A DNA stretch of 64,000 nt, from the IMG/VR virus record IMGVR_UViG_3300019703_000001, positions 1 through 64,000 of that record. One strand, written 5' to 3'. The position numbers and the translations under genes are program-made. The stretch is from a virus. Its lineage: Duplodnaviria > Caudoviricetes. Under the pieces are notes generated by a model that saw only the letters and a program-made list of their open reading frames with translations, was not told where the DNA came from and did no database searches. This document shows positions 18,028-28,042 of this stretch, piece by piece (the stretch's first letter is position 1; every line of letters starts with the position of its first letter).

Positions 18028-18645
18028 ATGGCAGTAATAAATCATGTTATAAGAGACGACATACCAAATGAAAAACCAAAACCAGTTCCAGAGGGTGACT
18101 ATCTTGCAATGATTGTAAAATCAGACGCAGGTAGGAACAAAAGTGGTACGGGTGACTTTATCAGTTTGAATTTTAAAATCATTGACGGACAATTTAAGGG
18201 GCGGCAAATTTTTGATTACATAAATCACAAATTTGATGCTTATGGGACAGATGAAGGCAAAACAAAAGCGCAACATATTGGCCAAAGACATTTTAACGAA
18301 ATATGTAGGGCTCTGGGATATACAACCCAAGTCGCAGACACTATGTTGCTCCATGACAAACCATTAAAAATAACTGTTGGCGTAAAACACGATCCCGGCT
18401 ATGACCCAAAAAATGAAGTTAAAAAAGCTGTGCCTATATCAGGAGCGGCCCCGGTTGTCCCTCAACAAGGGGCAAATATGGCAGCAGGGAATCAGCCTCA
18501 AGCACCTAGTGCCCCCCCTCAGCAACAGGGGGAGGCTTTGCCTCAGTTTCTTCAACAAGGGGCCGGGACCGAAGTCCCACAGCAAACAGATCAACCTGCT
18601 CCGAAAGCATGGGAGCAAGGTCAAGGAGGTATACAAGACTTGTAA
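18028..18645 (+). CDS. DUF669-like single-stranded DNA-binding protein
   Basis: PVPEGDYLAMIVKS...ISLNFKIIDGQFKGRQIFD; Q/P/A-rich tail. Confidence 0.8.
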   Translation: MAVINHVIRDDIPNEKPKPVPEGDYLAMIVKSDAGRNKSGTGDFISLNFKIIDGQFKGRQIFDYINHKFDAYGTDEGKTKAQHIGQRHFNEICRALGYTTQVADTMLLHDKPLKITVGVKHDPGYDPKNEVKKAVPISGAAPVVPQQGANMAAGNQPQAPSAPPQQQGEALPQFLQQGAGTEVPQQTDQPAPKAWEQGQGGIQDL

Positions 18646-18652
18646 ATTAAAC

Positions 18653-18684
18653 AAAAAAGACCCTTTTTAAAGGGTCTTTTTTTT
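18653..18684. terminator. bidirectional intrinsic terminator
   Basis: aaaaaagacccttt-tt-aaagggtctttttttt between convergent genes. Confidence 0.9.
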
Positions 18685-18688
18685 GGCA

Positions 18689-21451
18689 TTATCTGCTAAT
18701 TGCTAAACTTCCGGAGTTTCCTACGGCTACATGTAACCCTGCGCCAAATGCAAGGTTTGTCATTAAATTTGTACCCATGTTGGCAGTTTGAAGCTCCCAA
18801 TTAATGCCGTCAATACTCGTGCCTATTAGGCCATTCCCGGACACTGCAACAAAAAGCCCATTTGCATAAACAATGTCTGCTATATTATTTAAACCAAAAC
18901 TTGTACCCTGTGTCTGCCATGTCACACCGTCGGTACTAATCGCAAGTGCGCCAATATTTCCTGTTAAAACATAAATTCCATTTCCATAGGTTACGCCTCT
19001 TAGCACAATACTAGCCCCAAATCCACTTGTCTGTTGTGTCCAGTTAACCCCGTCGGAACTTGTGGCGACTTTTCCATTTGCCCCAACTGTTATAAATTGG
19101 TTTTTACCATAAATAATATTAGATATATTATCAGTGCCAAAACTTGAGGTTCTTTGTGTCCATGTCACACCATCTGAACTTGTGGCTAATTTTCCAGAAT
19201 TTCCCACAGCTACAAATTTTCCGGATCCATATGCCGCATTTTTAATTATGTCAGTTCCGAAACTGCTTGTCTGCTGCGTCCAGTTAATCCCGTCCAAGCT
19301 TGTGGCAAGCTTCCCGTCTTCTCCGCTTGCAATGCAGATATTGTTTGCGCATACTAGGCCCCTTATATCTGTAGCCCCGAAACTTGAGGTTTGTTGTGTC
19401 CATGTAATACCATCAGGGCTTGTAAAAAGTTTACCGGCATTTCCCCCGATTATGTACTTATTGTGCGCAAAAGTCGCTGCGTTTATGTTATCAGCCCCGA
19501 AACCGGAGTCTTGAGAAATCCAGTCTGTACCGGGTAAGGGCTGGTAATATCCGTTTGTGGCTATTTTACCAATCTGATTACCAATCAAAAATAAGCCGTC
19601 TCCATATGCTATTGTGTTTAATGAATCAGTCCCCAAATTTGAACTTTGTTGAAACCAATTTATCCCATCGGTGCTTCTCGCTATTTTCCCGTTTACTCCA
19701 ACAGCAACAAAAACCCCGTTACCATAATATACTTTTTCAATGTTATCAGTTCCAAAACTTGAGGTCCGGGGAGTCCATGTTATACCATCCGGACTTGTTT
19801 CTAATCCTCCTGTGTCACCTACGATGACATATAAGTCCAGCTCGGGGCTATACGCTACCCCTTGTGGTGCTATTGATATAGTCCTTTGTGTCCATGTTAT
19901 CCCATCGGAGCTTGTTATTAAACCAGCTCCAACAACAATAAATAAGTTATTCCCGAATGTCGCATCTCTAAAAATTCCAGAGAGAGCAGATGTTTGAGCA
20001 GTCCAATTAATCCCATCCGGACTTGTTGCAAGTTCTCCGCTTGATCCTGCAACAAGGTACAATTCATTTCCGTATGCGCACCCCCTATTAGCCCCGGAAG
20101 TCGGGTTTGTTTGTTGTGTCCATGTAATGCTATCGGGACTTGTTGCTATTGTCCCGGACGATCCACAGGCAATGTGCTTACCGTTTCCATAGGTGCACCC
20201 CAAAATAGAATCCCCACCCGCAAAACTTGAGGTTTGTTGTGTCCATGTAATACCATCAGGGCTTGTAAAAAGTTTACCAAGTGCCCCAACAGCGACAAAA
20301 ACCCTATTTCCATAATTAATATCGTAAATAATTGTTCCGAAACTTTCGTCTTTAATAGTCCAATTTATACCATCAGCATTATATTTTACATTTCTGAACT
20401 TCATATCTGTCAAATCGGCTTGAATTAAATTCAATAATTCATTTATTTGGCTTGTTTCATACTGTCGGGTTTGGTTTTCATCATAAATTTTATTTTGTAC
20501 TAAAATTGTGTCTGATTCACTTGTCCATTCTGTTTTTCGGTCCACGTTATAGATTAAGCTGTCTGTAATAAACGTTGTTGATGCGCCTACTGAAATCTCA
20601 GCAAGTTTAAACCATTCGGTAGTGCCGGTATACGTGTATTTATACCCCTTTGTTAAAATAGATAATCCGAATATAACCTCAAGAGCATCTTTTTCAGAAT
20701 CAGAGGTGGGGGCTTTAATTGAAAAAGTGCTTGCTGCGCCGGTCCCATCACCGGTAAAAACGATCACATTTCCGCCGCCTACACTTGCGGCTGTCCTTGA
20801 AAGTGCGCTGTTTATATTTGTCAATATTTCGGCCTTTGTTGTTGCGCTTGGGACTGCTCCCCGACAATCTATCTCAATAAAACTCCCGTCTTCTTTATCT
20901 GAAACATTTATTAAATACTTTGTACTGAGGTCTATTGTAGATGCAATTGCAACAGTTCCGGTCAAAACGCCCGCTGTGGCTGCTGTAGTATCTGTAGTGT
21001 CTGTTTGTTTCCGAATATTCAAGAAATATTTAACATCTCGTTTTATTGGTGTGTTGGATATAGTCACCTTGAGACCATTGTCTGTGGCTACTTGTGACAC
21101 GTCGTCTTTGTCTTCTGCTGTTTGTATCTGAGCTTCTATTATATCAACCCGTGCGCTTCCGGTTGCAGCGTCAATTGTGATTGTTGTATCTAATGTATTT
21201 ATTATAGGGGTAATGTCTCCGGATTCCTGTATCCTTTGTTCTCCTGTTCCTGCGGTCACCGTGACTGTCATTCCTGAATTCTCATAAACTCTTAACCCGG
21301 AGGTTATGAGAGCCTTTCCCTGATCAAACATTTGTATTTTATCATTTACGCCTATGTCCCGGACAGATATATCACCGATTCGTTTGAAGACTTCTATAGA
21401 GTCCCCAAGTTGTCCTTTTTGGCCGTTTACTGTTCTTAAATCTCTTGTCAT
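18689..21451 (-). CDS. tail fibre/receptor-binding protein with 14 beta-propeller blades
   Basis: Repeats GNGxFVAVGxxGKLATSxDGIxWT; N-terminal GLRV...TVTVTAG attachment-like domain. Confidence 0.8.
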   Translation of the reverse strand: MTRDLRTVNGQKGQLGDSIEVFKRIGDISVRDIGVNDKIQMFDQGKALITSGLRVYENSGMTVTVTAGTGEQRIQESGDITPIINTLDTTITIDAATGSARVDIIEAQIQTAEDKDDVSQVATDNGLKVTISNTPIKRDVKYFLNIRKQTDTTDTTAATAGVLTGTVAIASTIDLSTKYLINVSDKEDGSFIEIDCRGAVPSATTKAEILTNINSALSRTAASVGGGNVIVFTGDGTGAASTFSIKAPTSDSEKDALEVIFGLSILTKGYKYTYTGTTEWFKLAEISVGASTTFITDSLIYNVDRKTEWTSESDTILVQNKIYDENQTRQYETSQINELLNLIQADLTDMKFRNVKYNADGINWTIKDESFGTIIYDINYGNRVFVAVGALGKLFTSPDGITWTQQTSSFAGGDSILGCTYGNGKHIACGSSGTIATSPDSITWTQQTNPTSGANRGCAYGNELYLVAGSSGELATSPDGINWTAQTSALSGIFRDATFGNNLFIVVGAGLITSSDGITWTQRTISIAPQGVAYSPELDLYVIVGDTGGLETSPDGITWTPRTSSFGTDNIEKVYYGNGVFVAVGVNGKIARSTDGINWFQQSSNLGTDSLNTIAYGDGLFLIGNQIGKIATNGYYQPLPGTDWISQDSGFGADNINAATFAHNKYIIGGNAGKLFTSPDGITWTQQTSSFGATDIRGLVCANNICIASGEDGKLATSLDGINWTQQTSSFGTDIIKNAAYGSGKFVAVGNSGKLATSSDGVTWTQRTSSFGTDNISNIIYGKNQFITVGANGKVATSSDGVNWTQQTSGFGASIVLRGVTYGNGIYVLTGNIGALAISTDGVTWQTQGTSFGLNNIADIVYANGLFVAVSGNGLIGTSIDGINWELQTANMGTNLMTNLAFGAGLHVAVGNSGSLAISR

Positions 21452-21469
21452 TTTTTATCACCTTTTTTT

Positions 21470-24400
21470 TTAAGTCGTTGCTATGGTTAAAAGATATTCA
21501 ATTCCGTCCGCTACAGTTCTGTCAAGAATGTTTCTGACAGTTGTTAGTTGACTGGATGGTGTGTCATAAAGTATTACCCTTATTGTAAATAATGGGGATG
21601 AGGTTTCTTCCATTATTGCCGGTAAAACAAAAATAATTTCCCCGCCGCCCACATCAACCTCATCTTGTAGTGGAATATCCATATAAGAATAATCCATGAA
21701 AAAAGCTTCGAGTTGCGGTCTTTCCACTTCCGGTTCCTGACTGCTGTACGGCCTCATTGAATATATAATGGCTGCTCTTGATAGTTTAGGGTTTAAAACA
21801 ATAGCCTGCGTCCGGAAAACCCAGTCTGCCTCCGTTTCCCCCTCAAGCTTAAAACTGCCAAAAAAATTTTCCAGCTGATATTTGAGAAGATCTCCGCTTG
21901 CCGTTGAAATAGACAATTGTTTTAATAACTCCAAACCCATATTTTTTAGCCACTCTTGTTGACTCGCAAGTGCCCCGATTTCAAGATCCCACGGTTTGAA
22001 AAACTCTGGGTTTTTCTCTCCTGTGCTTATCGCCGTAACTGCCCCACCTGCTAAAAATAGACTGCCACTTGATGTTATTTCTTCAACTAAATTATCTGAA
22101 AATTTACCGGTTCTTTGTTCCCAAGTTTTGCCGTCGAAACTTATTGCTGTTTTTCCATTGCCTCCCCCTGCAATGAATGTATTTAATCCAAAATGAACCG
22201 ATTCAATCCCGCTTGTACCAAAATTATTATCTTGCAATTGCCACCTAGTGCCATCTGGACTTGTTGCTATTTTACTTTCCAGTATGACTGGTAAAAAAGC
22301 AACTATTTCATAGGTATATCCAACAAGGACAAATATATCAAAACCGAAAGTTATAGCCCTGAAAATTTTAAGATTAGTTCCTTCTTCAAAATCAATGTTT
22401 TGTTGAGTCCACGTTGAGAGATCCAAGCTAATAAATATTTCTTGCCCAGCTCTTACCATATAAGTTTTATTTCCATAAACAATTTCAGATATAGACGCCG
22501 CTCCTGAGATTGTCTGTTGTGTCCAATTTACACCATCAACACTTATTGCCAGCTTCCCAGCTGTAGATCCTGCAAAAAAAATGCCGTTTTCATATCCTAG
22601 TATTGTTATTGTTGAAAGCTTGAACCCGGCATCTCGTGAAGTCCAATTTATTCTGTCAGGGCTTGTCACAACACGTCCATTATTGCCTCCCACAATGTAT
22701 AAATTATTTCCAAAATTTAAGGCGGAAATTGATTGAGCTTCAAATTGTGAGACACGGACCTGCCAAAAGCTCGTATCACTCGCCGGAGCCTGCGTCAAAA
22801 TGCCATTTTCCCCAGTTAAAATATATTTTTGACCGCCCGAAGCATAATAAAAAATGCTTTCTATGTTTTTAAGAACAAAATTTGAATCCCTGTCCGTCCA
22901 CGTTATCAAGTCATTGCTTTCAGACAATTTCCCCTCATCGCCTGCGATTACATACGCAAAACCATAAGTCACAGTGTTAATATTTGTTGTTCCAAAAGTT
23001 GTTGTCTGCTGTGTCCATGTTATACCGTCGGGGCTTGTGGCTAACTTGCCAGAATTCCCGACGGCTACAAACTGAGCATCTGTGGGCTGATAAATTACAG
23101 CGTTAATATTATCAACCCCAAAACTTGAAGTTCGGGCGGTCCATGTTGCTCCGTCCGGGCTTGTTGAAAGTTTGCCATTGTTTCCAACTGCTACAAAAAT
23201 ACTATTCCCGAAGGTTATTCCATTTATATTATCAGTTCCGAATTGAGGATCCTGTAATGTCCAGTCGTCACCCAGTCCCGAAGTGGTGGCCAATAGACCC
23301 CCTTGTCCTCCGATTATTATTGTTAAAACTAAAGAAACGTAGCTTGACCCTATTGCTAAAATTGAGTTAACCCCGAATGGTGTTGCTTTTGAGGTCCATG
23401 TAATGCCGTCTGAGCTTGAAGCAAATTTGCCGTCTGCCCCGGCTATTAGTGTGTCAACTATCTGTTGTGTTTCAGAGCAAAAAATGCCTGAAACACCAAA
23501 TCCCGGATCTCTGGAAGTCCAAGTCAAGCCGTCTGTACTTGTAGCGAGCCTGCCGTCTGCCCCTGCGATAATTGCCGTGTTTCCAAGCGTCACGGATCCA
23601 GTATATATGGTTTCTCCCGGACCAAGCGGCTGAATCGAATCACTCCAATTGATACCGTCGGGGCTATATTTTAAATCTCTCCCATTGGTAATCAAAAATA
23701 AGTTGTCTCTATCGCTATATGCAACATTAGCTACTTTTTTACCAAGCGGGGATCTGGTTAATCTAAAAACCCAGTTAACAAGATCTTCTGTTATTGATAT
23801 TGGCTCGCCCCGTCCGGATGTTACATAGAGGCCCTCTCCCACGGCGAGCCCTGTGACAATCGTTGAAGGCGAATGATTATTATTTATTTGTGTCCAAGTA
23901 ATCCCGTCGGGACTTGTTGCGACTTGACCTCCTGCCCCGGTTGCGATAAAGGTATTGTTTATAAACTTGACTGAATAAATGTCACTTGTACCAAAACTTG
24001 AAGTTCGACCGGTCCAATTTACTGTGTCCGGGCTTGTTGAAAGGCTTCCATTGTCTCCGACTGTGACATAAAGTCCATTGCCAAAAGTTATATCCCGGAC
24101 CCAGTCTGACCCGCCAAAACCATCCATAGATTGATAAGCGGTCCAGTTTATTCCATCGGGACTTGTGGAAATATCCCCGTTGTTATTACCTATCAAAAAA
24201 AGGCCATTTTCAAAAGAAGCAGAATAAATGCTCGTTTCATTCGGGGCCGTTCTTGCCGTCCAGTTAACCCCATCTGGACTTGTTGCAATGTTGCCAAGTC
24301 TTGCTGTTAGCACATAAACTCCATTTCCATATGCTATAGCATGGGATGTTCGACCGAATACAGCAAAGCCGGGAGGCAAATTAAGAGTTTGGCGCGTCCA

Positions 24401-24787
24401 AGTAATCCCGTCGGGACTTGTGGCAAGTTCGGCAGCCAAAAACCAACCACAAGCTAAAAATTGACCTCCCCCAAAAATTACACGTTCAAAAGTAGTGCTG
24501 AAAGGGACTCCAAAGGGATCAGGGGGGCTGTAAACATCAATATATGTCCAATCGATCCCGTCAGGGCTAACTAAAATCTGAGCCGTTTCTCCGACCATTA
24601 CAAAGTTGCCATTACCGTAGGCGACATCCTGAAAATTACCGCTCTCAAATCCCGTGAAAACATTTTCCCACGTCAAGGGCGGATCCGGTTCAAATCCGGA
24701 TTCATCAGCAATAACAGATTTATATATTTCATTATCTTTATTTAATACAACTTGAAGATTATTATTGATTCTATCAGGTATTGACAT
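21470..24787 (-). CDS. baseplate wedge (P2 gpI-like) protein with ~21 inserted propeller blades
   Basis: Same repeats; C-terminal TASGDLL...FFG..KLEGETEADW..R domain; follows baseplate J-like gene. Confidence 0.75.
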   Translation of the reverse strand: MSIPDRINNNLQVVLNKDNEIYKSVIADESGFEPDPPLTWENVFTGFESGNFQDVAYGNGNFVMVGETAQILVSPDGIDWTYIDVYSPPDPFGVPFSTTFERVIFGGGQFLACGWFLAAELATSPDGITWTRQTLNLPPGFAVFGRTSHAIAYGNGVYVLTARLGNIATSPDGVNWTARTAPNETSIYSASFENGLFLIGNNNGDISTSPDGINWTAYQSMDGFGGSDWVRDITFGNGLYVTVGDNGSLSTSPDTVNWTGRTSSFGTSDIYSVKFINNTFIATGAGGQVATSPDGITWTQINNNHSPSTIVTGLAVGEGLYVTSGRGEPISITEDLVNWVFRLTRSPLGKKVANVAYSDRDNLFLITNGRDLKYSPDGINWSDSIQPLGPGETIYTGSVTLGNTAIIAGADGRLATSTDGLTWTSRDPGFGVSGIFCSETQQIVDTLIAGADGKFASSSDGITWTSKATPFGVNSILAIGSSYVSLVLTIIIGGQGGLLATTSGLGDDWTLQDPQFGTDNINGITFGNSIFVAVGNNGKLSTSPDGATWTARTSSFGVDNINAVIYQPTDAQFVAVGNSGKLATSPDGITWTQQTTTFGTTNINTVTYGFAYVIAGDEGKLSESNDLITWTDRDSNFVLKNIESIFYYASGGQKYILTGENGILTQAPASDTSFWQVRVSQFEAQSISALNFGNNLYIVGGNNGRVVTSPDRINWTSRDAGFKLSTITILGYENGIFFAGSTAGKLAISVDGVNWTQQTISGAASISEIVYGNKTYMVRAGQEIFISLDLSTWTQQNIDFEEGTNLKIFRAITFGFDIFVLVGYTYEIVAFLPVILESKIATSPDGTRWQLQDNNFGTSGIESVHFGLNTFIAGGGNGKTAISFDGKTWEQRTGKFSDNLVEEITSSGSLFLAGGAVTAISTGEKNPEFFKPWDLEIGALASQQEWLKNMGLELLKQLSISTASGDLLKYQLENFFGSFKLEGETEADWVFRTQAIVLNPKLSRAAIIYSMRPYSSQEPEVERPQLEAFFMDYSYMDIPLQDEVDVGGGEIIFVLPAIMEETSSPLFTIRVILYDTPSSQLTTVRNILDRTVADGIEYLLTIATT

Positions 24788-24799
24788 TTTTTTTAATCC

Positions 24800-26215
24800 T
24801 TAAATACTTGTTGCTATTGATGCAGTCACGGAAACCGTGCCCCCGGTTCCAACTCCGGTTTGAGCTCGCTCCGATCCGGCAATAGAAATTGTATCAGAAG
24901 GGGTGTTTACTGTAATATCGTACACCGCAGCATTACTGTTTTTTGATACTCGTATTATTTCAGAGACCAAAACATCAGCCCCTATTTTCTGAGTATTTAT
25001 ATATTGTTCAATTGCAGATTGAACATCAATTTTTATCTCATCAAGATCAACGTCAATTGTTGGGAGTCGAGTAATAGCAACACCTATGTTGACATCAATT
25101 AATGTCGGTACAGTAATTGGATAATCCATGCCGTAAGCTTCTTTTCCGGGATAATTAACAATGTCGTCAGGGTCACCCTCAAGAATTTTTTCTATTTCGG
25201 CTTGTAATTCAGCACTTAAAAAACCTGTACCGTCATCGACTAAAATAGTATTGGTCCCTTTTGTGGGAGTGGCAGGAAGTAGATCGGCTGATCTGACATC
25301 AGGAATGGCCTTTATTGCGGATATAATGCCCAACCTTGTCCCGGCGTTTAAACCGTTTATGGTTTCAACAAATCTTTGAGCTCTCTCAATTTCAGTTTCT
25401 TCCAGTCTTCCGCCCGAAAAAGACGAATCGTTTATGGCATATGATATGCCTTCGATGACTGAATTAATATAACCCTTTCCTTCAAAAGTGTCAATTGCAT
25501 TCACTTTTAAATTCCCGTCCAACCCCGGAAGCACTACCCGTGCCGCACACTGTACTCCTGTTTCTCCGGCAAGGAGTGTATTTTCAGAGGTTGTTAAAAC
25601 TTCTATGTCATCGATGGTAACCGAATACCCTTCGGGGATAATTATTTCTGTATCACTTGTTAAGGCAATATCCAAACCATCTTGATATTTATAATTTTTT
25701 GATCCAATTATTTCTTTTGATGTATACTGAAATATTTCAACTGTACTCGCATTATTTATAACCGCAGCGGTCCAATTAGTCAAAGTGTTAATCGCTTCAA
25801 CTAAATTATTTGTTGTAGGATATGAAGTATAATCAAAACTGAAATTGTCAGAAACCGCCCCGGTAACAGAGGCCGAAAAAGTCGAAGCATCGCTATTAAT
25901 TACAGCACTTGTCCCGGCTCCGGTATAATTTACAGTCATAACCGGCAATCTGTAAGGACGAATAAAACCAATCGCAGAGGCAGCCGGTTTTTTTGAAAAA
26001 CCAAGCCCTTCATACAGTGCCGTAGGGATTGCTTTAACCAAACCCTCCTTGAAGTCCATTGCGATACTGGAAACAATTTCAGAATTGGAGTCAATTATAG
26101 ATTGCGTTTTGCTTCCTTCATTGAAATCTGTCAATCCAACGTTATCAGAAATTATTTTATTTCTGTAAAAATTTGAAAGTTGTTCTGCTGTGTAATTTTT
26201 TATTATATCAGGCAT
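24800..26215 (-). CDS. baseplate J-like wedge protein
   Basis: LTDFNEGS, GGRLEETEIERAQRF, GTRLGIISAI...DDGTG. Confidence 0.88.
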   Translation of the reverse strand: MPDIIKNYTAEQLSNFYRNKIISDNVGLTDFNEGSKTQSIIDSNSEIVSSIAMDFKEGLVKAIPTALYEGLGFSKKPAASAIGFIRPYRLPVMTVNYTGAGTSAVINSDASTFSASVTGAVSDNFSFDYTSYPTTNNLVEAINTLTNWTAAVINNASTVEIFQYTSKEIIGSKNYKYQDGLDIALTSDTEIIIPEGYSVTIDDIEVLTTSENTLLAGETGVQCAARVVLPGLDGNLKVNAIDTFEGKGYINSVIEGISYAINDSSFSGGRLEETEIERAQRFVETINGLNAGTRLGIISAIKAIPDVRSADLLPATPTKGTNTILVDDGTGFLSAELQAEIEKILEGDPDDIVNYPGKEAYGMDYPITVPTLIDVNIGVAITRLPTIDVDLDEIKIDVQSAIEQYINTQKIGADVLVSEIIRVSKNSNAAVYDITVNTPSDTISIAGSERAQTGVGTGGTVSVTASIATSI

Positions 26216-27989
26216 TTGTTGTTACCTCTCGTGTTTCGTCTGTTCCAATAAAAGATATATCTGCCGATAATGACAGCACTTCCCCGCTCCAATTAATTTC
26301 ATCTGTTTTTAGATCCACGGATTCTACTCTCGGTTCGGATTGTATTTGATATATAAAATCATTTATATACTTATTTATATTAACCAATACAGGGGCGTTT
26401 GAATTGTTTAACGGTGATACTCCAAAGTTTGGCCGCAATACGTTCAAAGTTCCTTTTTCATTTTGTATTCTGTTTTCTACATTTTGAAAGGCATTTTCTA
26501 AACCAGTTTGGCCCCTAAGATCCCCTGTTGTAGACAGGAGTAAGTTTTTATTTTCATCAACTGCTAAGTCTGTCCCATATAAAAATTTTATCGGGTCTGT
26601 TGTCTCAGCTTCAAAAACAAAGTTGTCAGCCCCCCGGCTTAAAGTTTCAAGAGTGGCGGGAATTTTTATATTTTGACCTATTAAATTTCCATCTGTGAAA
26701 TCATTATCAGAAATATTGTTTATTCTTAAAATATCAATAAATTTTTCGCTGTCTTGCAATGTTTTTTGTGCCACACTTCGGGCCGTGTCACCATCGACAA
26801 CGGTATAATAAGTGAAAAATGTATTATTTTCAACTCGATTACTATCATCTTCAAACTGCTCTGTTGTCAGTCTGTAGTCATCTGCATTTTGATAATATTG
26901 AGTCTCTCCCTGATTTATGCTTGATCTCAAAATACCATTGAGCCCCTGAGCCTGTAGTTTGACTTTTTGCAGCGCATTATAAAAAAACAAAAGATCGAAC
27001 GATAAAATTTCATCAAGTGTCAAATCTCCGGACTGATAAGAATTGACTTGAAATTCAGTTAAAAAGGTTTGGACTAAAGAATCAAGAGCGGAGTTTGTTG
27101 ATGTCAGCAATGTTTGTGTCAAGTCCACAATCGGGCCTGTGAACGTAGTTTGACCTGACTGAATGCTCGTGCTTTCTTCATTTATTTCATCTATGGTGTC
27201 CGATATGGCTAAACACTGAGATAAGAAATCGGTATTTGACGAAATTTCTCCCTGAACACTGTCCAATCTATCTGAGAAATTTATTTCCTGTAATTGTGTG
27301 TTTGTTAGATCAAGGCGTTCATTAGTTGTTTTTTTAATTTCAGGGCTTGTTAATTTTTGTCTGAGGTCCGGCTCATAGCATTCAAGTTCTATGCTGTAGT
27401 CTATCGCATAAAGTTTTGAATCCGTTTGTGTTGCGCTGAGGTTGGCAACTCTGCAATAAAAATGATCTTCCATGTCGTAGTCATGGAAAATAACCTTTAT
27501 TTCATCATACAAGGCCCCTGTTTTTTCCTTAACAAGTTTAGATACTTTTTTGTATAGTGTTTTTATTTGAGAGCTTAATCCTGTCAAACTTGAAGGGATT
27601 GACACCTCAGCATTACGTGTCATTGTGTAGTCCCTGTATCTTACAAGCATCCATCTAAGGGCTAAAAACCCGTTTAAACCGTCAATTGTATTTTCAAAGT
27701 TTTCAGGGTTCGGGGCTACCGGATTATCGGGACTTTCTTCCTTTATAAACCACAATTCACCGGATAGGGTAAAAGGCTTAATTGAGTTTCCGGCATCTAA
27801 TAAAAAATTGCTCCCGGCTGTTGCGGTAATGCTTGAGCGTGTACCTTCGGTGTTATTCTTGCTTTTCGGGGGAGCAAAAAGGAATATTTCCGTTATGGTT
27901 TCCCTGTCTTTGTCTACAAATTCAAAGGAGTATAGACCGGAAAACTCAAAAGTTCCATAAATTTGTTTAAATAATGTAGGCAGATTCAT
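26208..27989 (-). CDS. baseplate protein: tube-initiator-like + LysM + gp25-like domains
   Basis: YTVVDGDTARSVA LysM; YGTDL...GDL..gp25-like C-terminus. Confidence 0.75.
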   Translation of the reverse strand: MNLPTLFKQIYGTFEFSGLYSFEFVDKDRETITEIFLFAPPKSKNNTEGTRSSITATAGSNFLLDAGNSIKPFTLSGELWFIKEESPDNPVAPNPENFENTIDGLNGFLALRWMLVRYRDYTMTRNAEVSIPSSLTGLSSQIKTLYKKVSKLVKEKTGALYDEIKVIFHDYDMEDHFYCRVANLSATQTDSKLYAIDYSIELECYEPDLRQKLTSPEIKKTTNERLDLTNTQLQEINFSDRLDSVQGEISSNTDFLSQCLAISDTIDEINEESTSIQSGQTTFTGPIVDLTQTLLTSTNSALDSLVQTFLTEFQVNSYQSGDLTLDEILSFDLLFFYNALQKVKLQAQGLNGILRSSINQGETQYYQNADDYRLTTEQFEDDSNRVENNTFFTYYTVVDGDTARSVAQKTLQDSEKFIDILRINNISDNDFTDGNLIGQNIKIPATLETLSRGADNFVFEAETTDPIKFLYGTDLAVDENKNLLLSTTGDLRGQTGLENAFQNVENRIQNEKGTLNVLRPNFGVSPLNNSNAPVLVNINKYINDFIYQIQSEPRVESVDLKTDEINWSGEVLSLSADISFIGTDETREVTTNA

Positions 27990-28042
27990 TTATTATTTGC
28001 TCCTCATCATATTGAAAAAGACTGTTCTATTTTTGTCAAGTT

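Noticed and set aside
18689-24787. Diversity-generating retroelement in tail genes
   Set aside because: No reverse transcriptase in the window; the 56-bp repeat is exact, without adenine-specific mismatches.
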